DNA of 64,000 bases from an uncultured Eubacteriales bacterium (GTDB lineage: Bacteria > Bacillota > Clostridia > UBA1381 > UBA9506). The position numbers and the translations under genes were made by a program. The stretch is taken from contig CASGBM010000001.1 of NCBI GenBank assembly GCA_949299615.1, positions 8,280 through 72,279 of the forward strand, given 5' to 3'. Under the pieces are notes generated by a model. The model searched no databases. It was not told where the DNA came from and worked only from the letters and a program-made list of their open reading frames with translations. Below, in pieces: positions 23,593 through 32,234 of this stretch (the stretch's first letter is position 1; each line of letters begins with the position of its first letter).

Positions 23593-23961
23593 ATGGAAAG
23601 TATACTGATATCAATAAAAAAACTTCTTGGTATCGCGGAAGAATATGAGCATTTCGATAGCGATATTATGATCCACATTAACTCGGTGTTTTCAATTTTA
23701 AATCAGCTTGGAGTTGGTCCGGAAGAAGGCTTCGCGATAAAAGACAAAACGGCCGCGTGGTCTGACTTTATTCAAGGTGAGCGAAACATTGAATCTGTTA
23801 GATCCTATGTTTATCTGAAAGTAAAACTTCTTTTCGATCCTCCTTTAAGTTCTGCTGTTATGGAATCTATTAATCGGTCGATTAGCGAATTGGAATGGAG
23901 ATTACACGTTGCTGTGGATACGAAAAACATGGACCAAGAGGAGGTAATTCAAAATGAATGA
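23593..23961 (+). CDS. gp6-like head-tail connector / DNA-packaging protein (putative)
   Basis: ILISIKKLLGIAEEYEHFDSDIMIHINSVFSILNQLG resembles the N-terminal helix pattern of gp6-like connectors; ATG 23593 after AAGGAG. Confidence 0.4.
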   Translation: MESILISIKKLLGIAEEYEHFDSDIMIHINSVFSILNQLGVGPEEGFAIKDKTAAWSDFIQGERNIESVRSYVYLKVKLLFDPPLSSAVMESINRSISELEWRLHVAVDTKNMDQEEVIQNE

Positions 23962-24325
23962 TGAATTAAAACATTATGGAATTTTGGGAATGCGCTGGGG
24001 TGTACGACGAACCCCTGAACAATTGTCTCGGGACAGGCATAGCCGCAAAAAGAAAGATCGTTCGGAAAACGAACATGAGGATTACAAAAAAGCGCATACA
24101 TCCAACAGTGTGAAATCAATGAGTGATTCTGAATTAAGAAGCAGAATTAATCGCCTTCAGATGGAAAAACAATATTCACAATTGACCTCTAAGGAAAAAT
24201 CAGCCGGGGCAAAATTTGTATCGGACGTTTTGAGGGAAGCGGCTAAAAATACGGCAAGCAAGTATGTATCTCAATATATGTCTAAAGGCGTAGAATCATT
24301 GATAAAATCTGCGATGAAAAGATAG
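23954..24325 (+). CDS. Lys-rich small protein with N-terminal HYGxLGMxWGVR motif
   Basis: KHYGILGMRWGVRR (23969-24010); RBS GAGGAGG. Confidence 0.55.
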   Translation: MNDELKHYGILGMRWGVRRTPEQLSRDRHSRKKKDRSENEHEDYKKAHTSNSVKSMSDSELRSRINRLQMEKQYSQLTSKEKSAGAKFVSDVLREAAKNTASKYVSQYMSKGVESLIKSAMKR

Positions 24326-24334
24326 GTGGATGTT

Positions 24335-26080
24335 ATGGCGTTATCGAATACTGCTGTTCCTAAATATTACGGCATGTTTCGAGATGCCGTAATGCGTGGA
24401 GAAATTCCGGTTAACAAAGAAATCTCGATGGAAATGAACCGAATCGACGATCTTATTGCGAATCCGGGAGTCTATTATGACGGTGAAGCGGTGGAAGGCT
24501 GGATCCGGTTCTGCGAAAACGAATTAACTTTGACTGATGGATCTGATCTGCATCTGCTTGATAGTTTCAAACTCTGGGGCGAGCAGGTTTGGGGGTGGTA
24601 TTACTTCATTGAAAGAAGCGTGTATGAACCAAACCCGGACGGACATGGCGGACGTTATGTGAATAAGAGAATTAAACAGCGGCTTATTAAAAAACAATTT
24701 TTAATTGTTGGAAGAGGTGCTTCAAAGTCTTTATATGAATCATGTAATCAAATTTATGTCGCAACCGTCGACACAAGTACCACACATCAGATTACAACTG
24801 CTCCGACGATGAAACAAGCCGAAGAAGTTATGGGGCCCATTAAAACTGCGATTATCAGATCAAGAGGACCACTGTTTCAATTCCTGACAGAAGGCTCTTT
24901 GCAGAACACTACGGGTTCAAGGGCAAACCGGGTTAAACTTACGTCGACGAAAAAAGGAATTGAAAATTTTTTGACGGGTTCACTGATTGAAATACGTCCC
25001 ATGAGTATTGATAAGCTTCAGGGGCTTCGCTGCAAGGTGGCGACAATTGACGAATGGCTTTCCGGAGATACTAGGGAAGACGTCGTTGGCGCTATTGAAC
25101 AGGGTGCTTCTAAAAACGATGATTATTTAATCATAGCGGTAAGTTCAGAAGGAACGGTGAGAAACGGAGCCGGCGATACAATCAAAATGGAATTGATGGA
25201 CATTTTAAAAGGGGAATATATTAACCCGCATGTTTCTATCTGGTGGTACAAGCTCGACTCAATTGATGAAATTGCATATCCGGAATTGTGGGTAAAAGCG
25301 AATCCCAATTTGGGTAAAACCGTTAGTTATGAAACATACCAATTAGAGGTTGAGCGTGCAGAAAAAGCGCCTGCTACAAGAAACGATACTTTGGCAAAAC
25401 GGTTCGGAATCCCGATGGAAGGATATACATATTATTTCACTTATGAAGAAACACTTCCTCATAAGAAGCGGGATTACTGGCAGATGCCGTGCTCTTTAGG
25501 CGCAGACCTTTCGCAGGGAGATGATTTCTGCGCATTTACATTTTTGTTTCCTTTGCCGAGGGGTGCTTTTGGTGTAAAAACGAGGAATTATATTTCATCG
25601 CTTACGCTCATGAAATTGCCGGCAGCTATGAGAATTAAGTACGACCAATTCATGGCTGAGGGAAGTCTGATTGTTTTGGAAGGCGCTGTTTTGGACATGA
25701 CACAGGTATATGATGATATTGATAACCATATAAGCCAGTACGGTTATGACGTCCGCTGTTTTGGATACGACCCTTACAATTCTAAGGAATTTGTAGAAAG
25801 ATGGGAAGCTGAAAACGGCCCGTTCGGAATAGAAAAAATCATACAGGGTGCAAAAACAGAGTCCGTTCCTTTGGGAGAGTTAAAAAAACTTTCCGAAGAA
25901 CGGATGCTTTTATTTGATGAAGAATTAATGACGTTTGCTATGGGCAATTGCGTTGTGATGGAAGACACAAACGGAAACAGAAAATTGTATAAAAAACGGC
26001 ACGAAGCGAAAATCGACGCAGTTTCTGCGATGATGGACGCATATGAGGCCTATAGAAGAAATAAAGACGCGTTTGAATAA
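24335..26080 (+). CDS. Terminase large subunit
   Basis: 581 aa; Walker-A-like LIVGRGASKS, Walker-B-like VATIDEW, C-terminal nuclease-like region; located between terS/HNH and portal. Confidence 0.8.
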   Translation: MALSNTAVPKYYGMFRDAVMRGEIPVNKEISMEMNRIDDLIANPGVYYDGEAVEGWIRFCENELTLTDGSDLHLLDSFKLWGEQVWGWYYFIERSVYEPNPDGHGGRYVNKRIKQRLIKKQFLIVGRGASKSLYESCNQIYVATVDTSTTHQITTAPTMKQAEEVMGPIKTAIIRSRGPLFQFLTEGSLQNTTGSRANRVKLTSTKKGIENFLTGSLIEIRPMSIDKLQGLRCKVATIDEWLSGDTREDVVGAIEQGASKNDDYLIIAVSSEGTVRNGAGDTIKMELMDILKGEYINPHVSIWWYKLDSIDEIAYPELWVKANPNLGKTVSYETYQLEVERAEKAPATRNDTLAKRFGIPMEGYTYYFTYEETLPHKKRDYWQMPCSLGADLSQGDDFCAFTFLFPLPRGAFGVKTRNYISSLTLMKLPAAMRIKYDQFMAEGSLIVLEGAVLDMTQVYDDIDNHISQYGYDVRCFGYDPYNSKEFVERWEAENGPFGIEKIIQGAKTESVPLGELKKLSEERMLLFDEELMTFAMGNCVVMEDTNGNRKLYKKRHEAKIDAVSAMMDAYEAYRRNKDAFE

Positions 26081-26096
26081 GAGGATGTAATTATTT

Positions 26097-26558
26097 ATGT
26101 GGGAGTATAATGAAACATGTCCAACGGAACTTTGTCATTACGGAGTGCTTGGCATGAAATGGGGCGTCCGGAAGAGTCGTAAGAAAAATGCCAGCGGAGG
26201 GAATGAATCGCATAATAAGAAGCGTGCGGAAAATAGAAATTCAGAATCTGCGAAAAAAACGGCAGTTCGAGATTACGGGAAAAAATATGATAAAGCATCG
26301 AAAGCTTCAGATTTGGCTGATAAGAAATGGAACGAAGTAAGCGAGCAATATAAAGCGTTGGGAAAAAATAAAATTTCTAGAATTATTGCTGCGGCTAAAA
26401 ATCAATCGAAAGCGGCTAAAGCGTATAACAAAAATTATGAAACTGCTTCAAAAATGTCCGACGCTGCGGATCGATTATGGGGAGAAGCTTCTGCTGCCTA
26501 TAAAAAGATTGGCAGAAATAGGGTAGAAAGAATGATAAATTACGCTAAATATAGATAA
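26097..26558 (+). CDS. Lys-rich helical protein with N-terminal HYGxLGMxWGVR motif
   Basis: CHYGVLGMKWGVRK (26133-26174). Confidence 0.55.
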   Translation: MWEYNETCPTELCHYGVLGMKWGVRKSRKKNASGGNESHNKKRAENRNSESAKKTAVRDYGKKYDKASKASDLADKKWNEVSEQYKALGKNKISRIIAAAKNQSKAAKAYNKNYETASKMSDAADRLWGEASAAYKKIGRNRVERMINYAKYR

Positions 26559-26600
26559 ATTTTTAGTTATTATTCTTTTATAAATGTGCATAACGCATAC

Positions 26601-26625
26601 GAACCGCTTCGGCGGTTCTTTTTTT
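26601..26625 (+). terminator. Rho-independent terminator
   Basis: GAACCGC-TTCG-GCGGTTC followed by T7. Confidence 0.75.
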
Positions 26626-26649
26626 ATGCTATTTTTGGGGAGGTGGTGA

Positions 26650-27921
26650 ATGAAAATGGGTTTTATAAACAGGCTTCAGCATGGCTGGAATGCTTTTTTA
26701 AACAGAGATCCGACGGATTATTTCAAAGACATTGGCATGGGATATACCCATCGTCCGGATAGGCCGAGACTCACTAGGGGGAATGAAAAGTCGATCATTA
26801 ATTCCGTATATAACCGCATCGCTTTAGACGTTTCGTCCATTAGTATCCAACATGTAAGATTGGATGATAATGGACGATTTCTTTATGCGATGGATTCCGG
26901 ATTAAACAGATGCCTTACTGTCGAAGCAAATATCGATCAGACAGGCCGGGCGTTTATGCAGGATATCGTGATATCGATGTTCGATGAAGGATGCGTTGCT
27001 GTTGTGCCTATTGATACAACATTAAATCCGGAAATTACCGGGGCGTATGACATTGATTCGATGCGGACCGGAAGGATCCTCGAATGGTATCCAAACCATG
27101 TAAAGATACGGTTGTATGACGAAAGAGACGGAACGAAAAAAGACATTCGGCTGCCAAAGAAAATGGTGGGTATTATTGAAAATCCATTATATTCAGTGAT
27201 TAATGAACCGAATTCAACTTTGCAGCGCCTCATAAGAAAATTAAATATTCTTGATGCGATTGATGAGCAAAGCGGTTCCGGAAAGCTGGATTTGATAATT
27301 CAATTGCCGTATACCATTAAAACGGAAGCGAGACGTCAGCAGGCTGAAAAACGGCGTAAAGACATGGAGACACAATTAACAGGTTCGAAATACGGAATCG
27401 CTTACGCGGATGCAACGGAGCGTATTACACAGCTGAACCGTCCAGTCGAAAACAATCTAATGAAACAGATCGAATACCTGACGAGTATGCTGTACAGCCA
27501 GTTAGGGATTACGCAGAGTATATTAGATGGAACGGCGGACGAAAAGACAATGCTGAACTATTATAACCGTACGATTGAGCCGATTATTTCTGCCGTCGCT
27601 GATGAAATGAAACGGAAATTTCTAACAAAGACGGCGCTGGCGCAGCTTCAGTCGATTACGTTTTTTAGAGATCCGTTTAAGCTGGTTCCCGTTTCCGAGC
27701 TTTCTGAAATTGCCGATAAGTTTACAAGAAACGAAATCATGACTTCAAATGAGATAAGGCAGATTATAGGAATGAAACCATCGGACAATCCGGAGGCAGA
27801 CGAATTAAGAAACAAAAATTTAAACAAGTCGCCCGAAGAACCTTTACAAAAAGGCAACGTGGACGGCGAAGCAAAAAATGTGAATACAGAGAAGGAGGAA
27901 ATTCAAAATGGAGAAATTTGA
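26650..27921 (+). CDS. Portal protein (putative)
   Basis: 423 aa, positioned between terL and the protease-capsid gene; acidic C-terminal tail. Confidence 0.6.
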   Translation: MKMGFINRLQHGWNAFLNRDPTDYFKDIGMGYTHRPDRPRLTRGNEKSIINSVYNRIALDVSSISIQHVRLDDNGRFLYAMDSGLNRCLTVEANIDQTGRAFMQDIVISMFDEGCVAVVPIDTTLNPEITGAYDIDSMRTGRILEWYPNHVKIRLYDERDGTKKDIRLPKKMVGIIENPLYSVINEPNSTLQRLIRKLNILDAIDEQSGSGKLDLIIQLPYTIKTEARRQQAEKRRKDMETQLTGSKYGIAYADATERITQLNRPVENNLMKQIEYLTSMLYSQLGITQSILDGTADEKTMLNYYNRTIEPIISAVADEMKRKFLTKTALAQLQSITFFRDPFKLVPVSELSEIADKFTRNEIMTSNEIRQIIGMKPSDNPEADELRNKNLNKSPEEPLQKGNVDGEAKNVNTEKEEIQNGEI

Positions 27922-29629
27922 TTTTAGTGGCTGGGCCACTAGAAACGATTTACTTTGTTCTGACGGAAGAACCATTCGAAAAGACGCGTTTAAAAACAAC
28001 GATGGACAAATTGTTCCGTTGGTTTGGGAGCATCAGCATTCCAATCCGGAGAATGTATTGGGGCATGCGCTGCTTGAAAACAGGGATGAAGGAGTTTATG
28101 CGTATTGCAGCTTTAACGACAGCGAATCCGGAATGGCTGCGAAAAAACTTGTTCAGCACGGGGATGTGAAATCCCTGTCCATATACGCCAACAAACTGAA
28201 ACAAACGGGTTCGGATGTGCTGCATGGAACGATTCGGGAAGTAAGTCTGGTTCTTGCCGGAGCGAATCCCGGAGCTTTTATTGATTCTGTAATGGCTCAT
28301 GGAGACGATGGCGAAACAGGGATTATTTTGGGCTACGATGAAAATATTATGCTGTATCATTCGGAAGCAAAAACTGCTGAAAAAGATTCCGGCGAAAAGA
28401 ACGAGGAAACCGTTGCAGATGTGTTCAACACCTTAAGCGAGAAACAGAAAACAGTAGTGTATGCGATGATTGGACAGGTTCTGGAAGAGAACGATGACCC
28501 CGGCGACGAGGAGGAAGAACCTGAAACAAATAAAAAAGAGGATTCTAAAGGAGGAAATGAAACTATGAAACACAACGTATTTGACAACTTTGACAATGAT
28601 GCCGAGAAGAATGATATTTTAAGTCACTCGGAAATGGCTGCAATTTTCAGCGACATGAAGCGGTACGGCAGTTTAAAGGACAGCGTTATGGCACATGGCA
28701 TCGAACAGATCGATTATTTGTTCCCGGACGCGAAAAATGTAACCACTACGCCTCAGTTCATCCAGAGGGACATGTCTTGGGTTCAGAAGGTTATGAACGC
28801 AACGCATAAGACGCCGTTTTCCCGTATTAAATCGATTCTTGCAGATATTACAGAAGACGATGCAAGAGCAAAAGGTTATATTAAAGGCAAACTTAAGAAA
28901 GAGGAAGTATTTTCACTTCTGAAGCGTACTACAACGCCTACGACTATTTACAAGAAACAGAAAATAGACCGCGATGATGTAGTAGACATTACCGATTTCG
29001 ATGTTGTTACATGGATTAAGGCTGAAATGAGGATGATGCTGGACGAGGAAATTGCGAGAGCTGTTTTAGTCGGAGACGGAAGGTTGTCCTCAAGCGATGA
29101 CAAGATTAACGAACAGAATATTCGCCCGGTATGGACTGACGAAGATCTTTATACGGTAAAAGCTTTGGTTGAAGTTGGAAGCAGCGCGACTGCTGACGAA
29201 ACGGCCAAAGCTTTTATTCGTTCGGCTATTAAAGCGCGTAAGAATTATAAGGGTTCCGGTTCCCCGACTTTATACACCACGGAAGATATTCTTACGGATT
29301 GCCTGTTGATCGAAGACACGACCGGAAGGGTAATTTACGATTCTGTTGAAAAATTGGCCACTGCGTTAAGGGTGAAAGAAATTGTAACCGTACCGGTAAT
29401 GGAAGGACTTACAAGAACCGACACGACGAATGGTAAAGTAAATCTGATGGGTATTATCGTGAACCTCGCAGATTATAATGTCGGCGCTGACAAAGGCGGA
29501 GCGGTTAACATGTTCGATGATTTCGACATTGATTACAATGCGCAGAAGTACCTTATCGAAACCCGTTGCTCCGGCGCTTTGATTAAACCGTATTCTGCGA
29601 TCGCTCTGGAATCTAAAGTAAACCCTTAA
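27908..29629 (+). CDS. Prohead protease (HK97/S78-like) fused to major capsid protein
   Basis: N-terminal part VPLVWEHQHSNPENVLGHALLENRDEGVYAYCSF...GTIREVSLVLAGANPGAFI fits the prohead serine protease pattern. An acidic linker is followed by a ~350-aa capsid-sized C-terminal part. Confidence 0.7.
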   Translation: MEKFDFSGWATRNDLLCSDGRTIRKDAFKNNDGQIVPLVWEHQHSNPENVLGHALLENRDEGVYAYCSFNDSESGMAAKKLVQHGDVKSLSIYANKLKQTGSDVLHGTIREVSLVLAGANPGAFIDSVMAHGDDGETGIILGYDENIMLYHSEAKTAEKDSGEKNEETVADVFNTLSEKQKTVVYAMIGQVLEENDDPGDEEEEPETNKKEDSKGGNETMKHNVFDNFDNDAEKNDILSHSEMAAIFSDMKRYGSLKDSVMAHGIEQIDYLFPDAKNVTTTPQFIQRDMSWVQKVMNATHKTPFSRIKSILADITEDDARAKGYIKGKLKKEEVFSLLKRTTTPTTIYKKQKIDRDDVVDITDFDVVTWIKAEMRMMLDEEIARAVLVGDGRLSSSDDKINEQNIRPVWTDEDLYTVKALVEVGSSATADETAKAFIRSAIKARKNYKGSGSPTLYTTEDILTDCLLIEDTTGRVIYDSVEKLATALRVKEIVTVPVMEGLTRTDTTNGKVNLMGIIVNLADYNVGADKGGAVNMFDDFDIDYNAQKYLIETRCSGALIKPYSAIALESKVNP

Positions 29630-29664
29630 TTGCTCTCACGGTTGAGCCCGAATCCGGTGAGAGC
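29620..29664 (+). promoter_or_regulatory. -1 programmed frameshift signal (slippery heptamer + hairpin) at the capsid stop codon
   Basis: A_AAC_CCT (29620-26) directly before TAA. Hairpin GCTCTCAC (29632-39) / GTGAGAGC (29657-64) starts 5 nt downstream. Confidence 0.7.
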
Positions 29665-30021
29665 GAACTCTTCGGGAAACCAGTTGCTGATTTACAGGAA
29701 AACGTGATTGTCGGAAGCGATTCTATTTCCGGTAATTTAAAATATGTGACCGGCTATACCGGGTTCAGCAGCAAGGTTTCCGAACAAAGCGGAAATTATC
29801 TGGCTTTGAAGATTGCAACGGTTCCTTCTGAAAATGTGACAACGACTGTGGAAGTGGTCGGAGGAACGAAAGGGCCTGTGAAACTTGATTCCGATATGAA
29901 CATCGTGCTTCGTATTGCGAATAAGGACACGCAAAGCATCAAGGTGGTTTCCACAATGGGCGATAAATCCGTAGAGAAATTGTATCGGCTGACCGATCTT
30001 ACAATGGAATCTGCGGGCTGA
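29626..30021 (+). CDS. -1 frame extension of the capsid protein (131-aa decoration domain; ORF-track 29704..30021 is its 3' part)
   Basis: -1 frame open from 29617 to 30021; homologous to the tail extension from the first post-shift codon (PLIALTVEPESGE.. vs PLIALSVMPEDGE..). Confidence 0.65.
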   Translation, partial: LIALTVEPESGESELFGKPVADLQENVIVGSDSISGNLKYVTGYTGFSSKVSEQSGNYLALKIATVPSENVTTTVEVVGGTKGPVKLDSDMNIVLRIANKDTQSIKVVSTMGDKSVEKLYRLTDLTMESAG

Positions 30022-30047
30022 AAACAAACAAGGGAGGAAAATTCAAA

Positions 30048-30365
30048 ATGGCGAAATTTTATGGACTCATCGGATATGTCGAGACGAAAGAAATCCGCCC
30101 GGGAGTATGGGAAGAAGTAGTAACAAAACTTCCGTACTACGGCGATCTAATTCGAAACACGAGGAAATTGCAGGGATCAGAAAAAGTCAATGACGATATC
30201 AGCATTGCTAATGAGATCAGTATATTAGCCGATCCATACGCCAATGAGAATTTTCATTCGATGAGATATGTTGAATTTATGGGTGCTAAATGGAAAATTA
30301 CAGATGTTGAAGTTCAGTATCCGAGACTAATATTGACAGTCGGAGGAGTGTATCACGATGAATAA
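30048..30365 (+). CDS. Head-tail joining protein (putative)
   Basis: 105 aa between the capsid and tail tube genes; RBS AAGGGAGG. Confidence 0.4.
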   Translation: MAKFYGLIGYVETKEIRPGVWEEVVTKLPYYGDLIRNTRKLQGSEKVNDDISIANEISILADPYANENFHSMRYVEFMGAKWKITDVEVQYPRLILTVGGVYHDE

Positions 30366-30675
30366 ATTCGAAACGAAAAGGCTTGAACTGCATGAAATGC
30401 TATGCGGAATTTTAGAAAGCCGAAACGTCTATTTTCAGCCTCCGGAGTCGATAAAAATGAAATACCCCGCGATCGTATATTCAAGATCTGATATCAGGAA
30501 TACGTTTGCGGATGACAGTGTTTATAAACAGTCAAACGTTTATCAAATAACCGTAATTGATAAAAATCCGGACAGCAATATTGTCGAAAAGATATCGTCT
30601 CTTCCGGCCTGCCGGTATGACCGGCACTTTGCAACGGATCATTTAAATCATGATGTTTTTTATATTTATTATTAA
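30358..30675 (+). CDS. Tail completion / head-tail joining protein (putative)
   Basis: 105 aa, overlapping start, position only. Confidence 0.35.
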   Translation: MNKFETKRLELHEMLCGILESRNVYFQPPESIKMKYPAIVYSRSDIRNTFADDSVYKQSNVYQITVIDKNPDSNIVEKISSLPACRYDRHFATDHLNHDVFYIYY

Positions 30676-30689
30676 AGGAGGCCACTTAA

Positions 30690-31361
30690 ATGAGTAAACT
30701 GATATGGGATAAAACCGGTGAAAGACTTTATGAAGCAGGTGTAAAACAAGGGGTATTATACATACGCGATAATCTTGGCGCTTATTCGACTGGCGTTGCG
30801 TGGAATGGCTTAACCGCCGTTACGGAATCCCCGTCCGGGGCAGAAGCTACTCCTCTTTATGCCGATGATATTAAATATTTAAATTTGGTTTCGGCAGAAG
30901 AATTTGGCTGCACCATCGAAGCTTATACTTATCCTGACGAATTCGCGGAGTGTGATGGGTCTGCGTCGTTGTCGGAAGGGGTTGTCATCGGCCAGCAGAA
31001 AAGAAAGACATTTGGAATGTGCTACAAAACCTCAATCGGAAACGATGTTGACGATTTAGATCACGGCTATAAGCTCCATCTGATCTACGGAGCGGTCGCT
31101 TCTCCTTCGGAAAAAGCATATGCCACGATCAATGAATCTCCGGAAGCAATTACCTTTTCATGGGAAGTAACGACAACGCCGGTCGAGGTAAGCGGTTTTA
31201 AACCGACGGCGTCACTCACGATCGATTCCACAAAAGCAGATCCCGAGAAATTGCAAGAGTTGGAAGGAATTTTATACGGAACCGATGGAGAAGAACCGGC
31301 AGGAACCGACCCGAGACTTCCGCTTCCTGACGAAATATGCGAATTATTTACAAACCCTTAA
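30690..31361 (+). CDS. Major tail (tube) protein
   Basis: IWDKTGERLYEAGVKQGVLY...VAWNGLTAVTESPSGAE..LYADD fits major tail proteins of Firmicute siphophages; position upstream of chaperones and TMP. Confidence 0.65.
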   Translation: MSKLIWDKTGERLYEAGVKQGVLYIRDNLGAYSTGVAWNGLTAVTESPSGAEATPLYADDIKYLNLVSAEEFGCTIEAYTYPDEFAECDGSASLSEGVVIGQQKRKTFGMCYKTSIGNDVDDLDHGYKLHLIYGAVASPSEKAYATINESPEAITFSWEVTTTPVEVSGFKPTASLTIDSTKADPEKLQELEGILYGTDGEEPAGTDPRLPLPDEICELFTNP

Positions 31362-31394
31362 TAGCCCTTTCCGTTATGCCTGAAGATGGAGAGG
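31352..31394 (+). promoter_or_regulatory. -1 programmed frameshift signal at the tail-tube stop codon
   Basis: Identical heptamer A_AAC_CCT (31352-58) followed by TAA. Hairpin CCTTTCC (31366-72) / GGAGAGG (31388-94) starts 7 nt downstream. Confidence 0.7.
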
Positions 31395-31744
31395 CCGTTT
31401 TATTTGGCAAAAAAGTAAACGATTTGCAAACAGGAATTACAATAAATGAGAACAACATTACCGGGACACTGAATTATGTAACCGGATATACCGAGTTTAG
31501 CAGTAATGTTTCGGAACAAAGCGGGAATTATTTAGCGTTAAAAGTAGATTTTACGCCGGCCGATGCTGTTACAACGGTAGAAGTAGTTGGCGGAACAAAA
31601 GGTGCCGTAACGCTTGATGAAGACAAAAACATTGTGCTGCTGATTAAGAATACAACACAGAGTGTAAAAGTTATCACAAGCAAGGACGGCGCGCAGAAAG
31701 AAAAAACGTATACACTTTCCGGATTGACTTTAAAAACGGAATAG
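31358..31744 (+). CDS. -1 frame extension of the tail tube protein (128-aa decoration domain)
   Basis: Paralogous to 29626..30021: ITGTLNYVTGYTEFSSNVSEQSGNYLALKV..VTTVEVVGGTKGAVTLDEDKNIVL vs ISGNLKYVTGYTGFSSKVSEQSGNYLALKI..VTTTVEVVGGTKGPVKLDSDMNIVL. Confidence 0.65.
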   Translation, partial: LIALSVMPEDGEAVLFGKKVNDLQTGITINENNITGTLNYVTGYTEFSSNVSEQSGNYLALKVDFTPADAVTTVEVVGGTKGAVTLDEDKNIVLLIKNTTQSVKVITSKDGAQKEKTYTLSGLTLKTE

Positions 31745-31761
31745 TAAAATAATCGATTTAT

Positions 31762-31797
31762 GAGGGACGTTTCACATGCGTCCCTCTTTTATTTTTT
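31762..31797 (+). terminator. Rho-independent terminator
   Basis: GAGGGACG/CGTCCCTC stem followed by TTTTATTTTTT. Confidence 0.7.
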
Positions 31798-31812
31798 GAA
31801 AGGAGAAAGACA

Positions 31813-32214
31813 ATGATAAAAAAAACGATTACTTATACGGATTACAACGGGAACGAAAGGACGGAAGATTTTTACTTCCATTTAAATAGAGCGGAACTTA
31901 TGGAAATGGAATTGTCACAGCGCGGCGGTTTGATTGCTATGATCGACAGGATCGTGGCCGATCAGGACGGGGAGAAAATCATCAATGTCTTTAAAGACCT
32001 GATTTTGCGGTCGTACGGCGTAAAAACGCCGGACGGAAAACGGTTTATAAAAAGTGAAGAACTGCGCCGGGAGTTTGAACAAACAGAAGCGTACAGTATT
32101 CTGTTTACAGAACTTGCGACGAACACAGAAGAGGCGATCGCGTTCTTTAATAAAATCATTCCGGAAACGGAATCTGGGGAATCGAAAGAATTGCCGGTCA
32201 ATTCGAGTAATTAA
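31813..32214 (+). CDS. Tail assembly chaperone (putative)
   Basis: 133-aa acidic protein between the tube and TMP genes. Confidence 0.45.
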   Translation: MIKKTITYTDYNGNERTEDFYFHLNRAELMEMELSQRGGLIAMIDRIVADQDGEKIINVFKDLILRSYGVKTPDGKRFIKSEELRREFEQTEAYSILFTELATNTEEAIAFFNKIIPETESGESKELPVNSSN

Positions 32215-32234
32215 AAATAAGGAGGAAAACGGGG

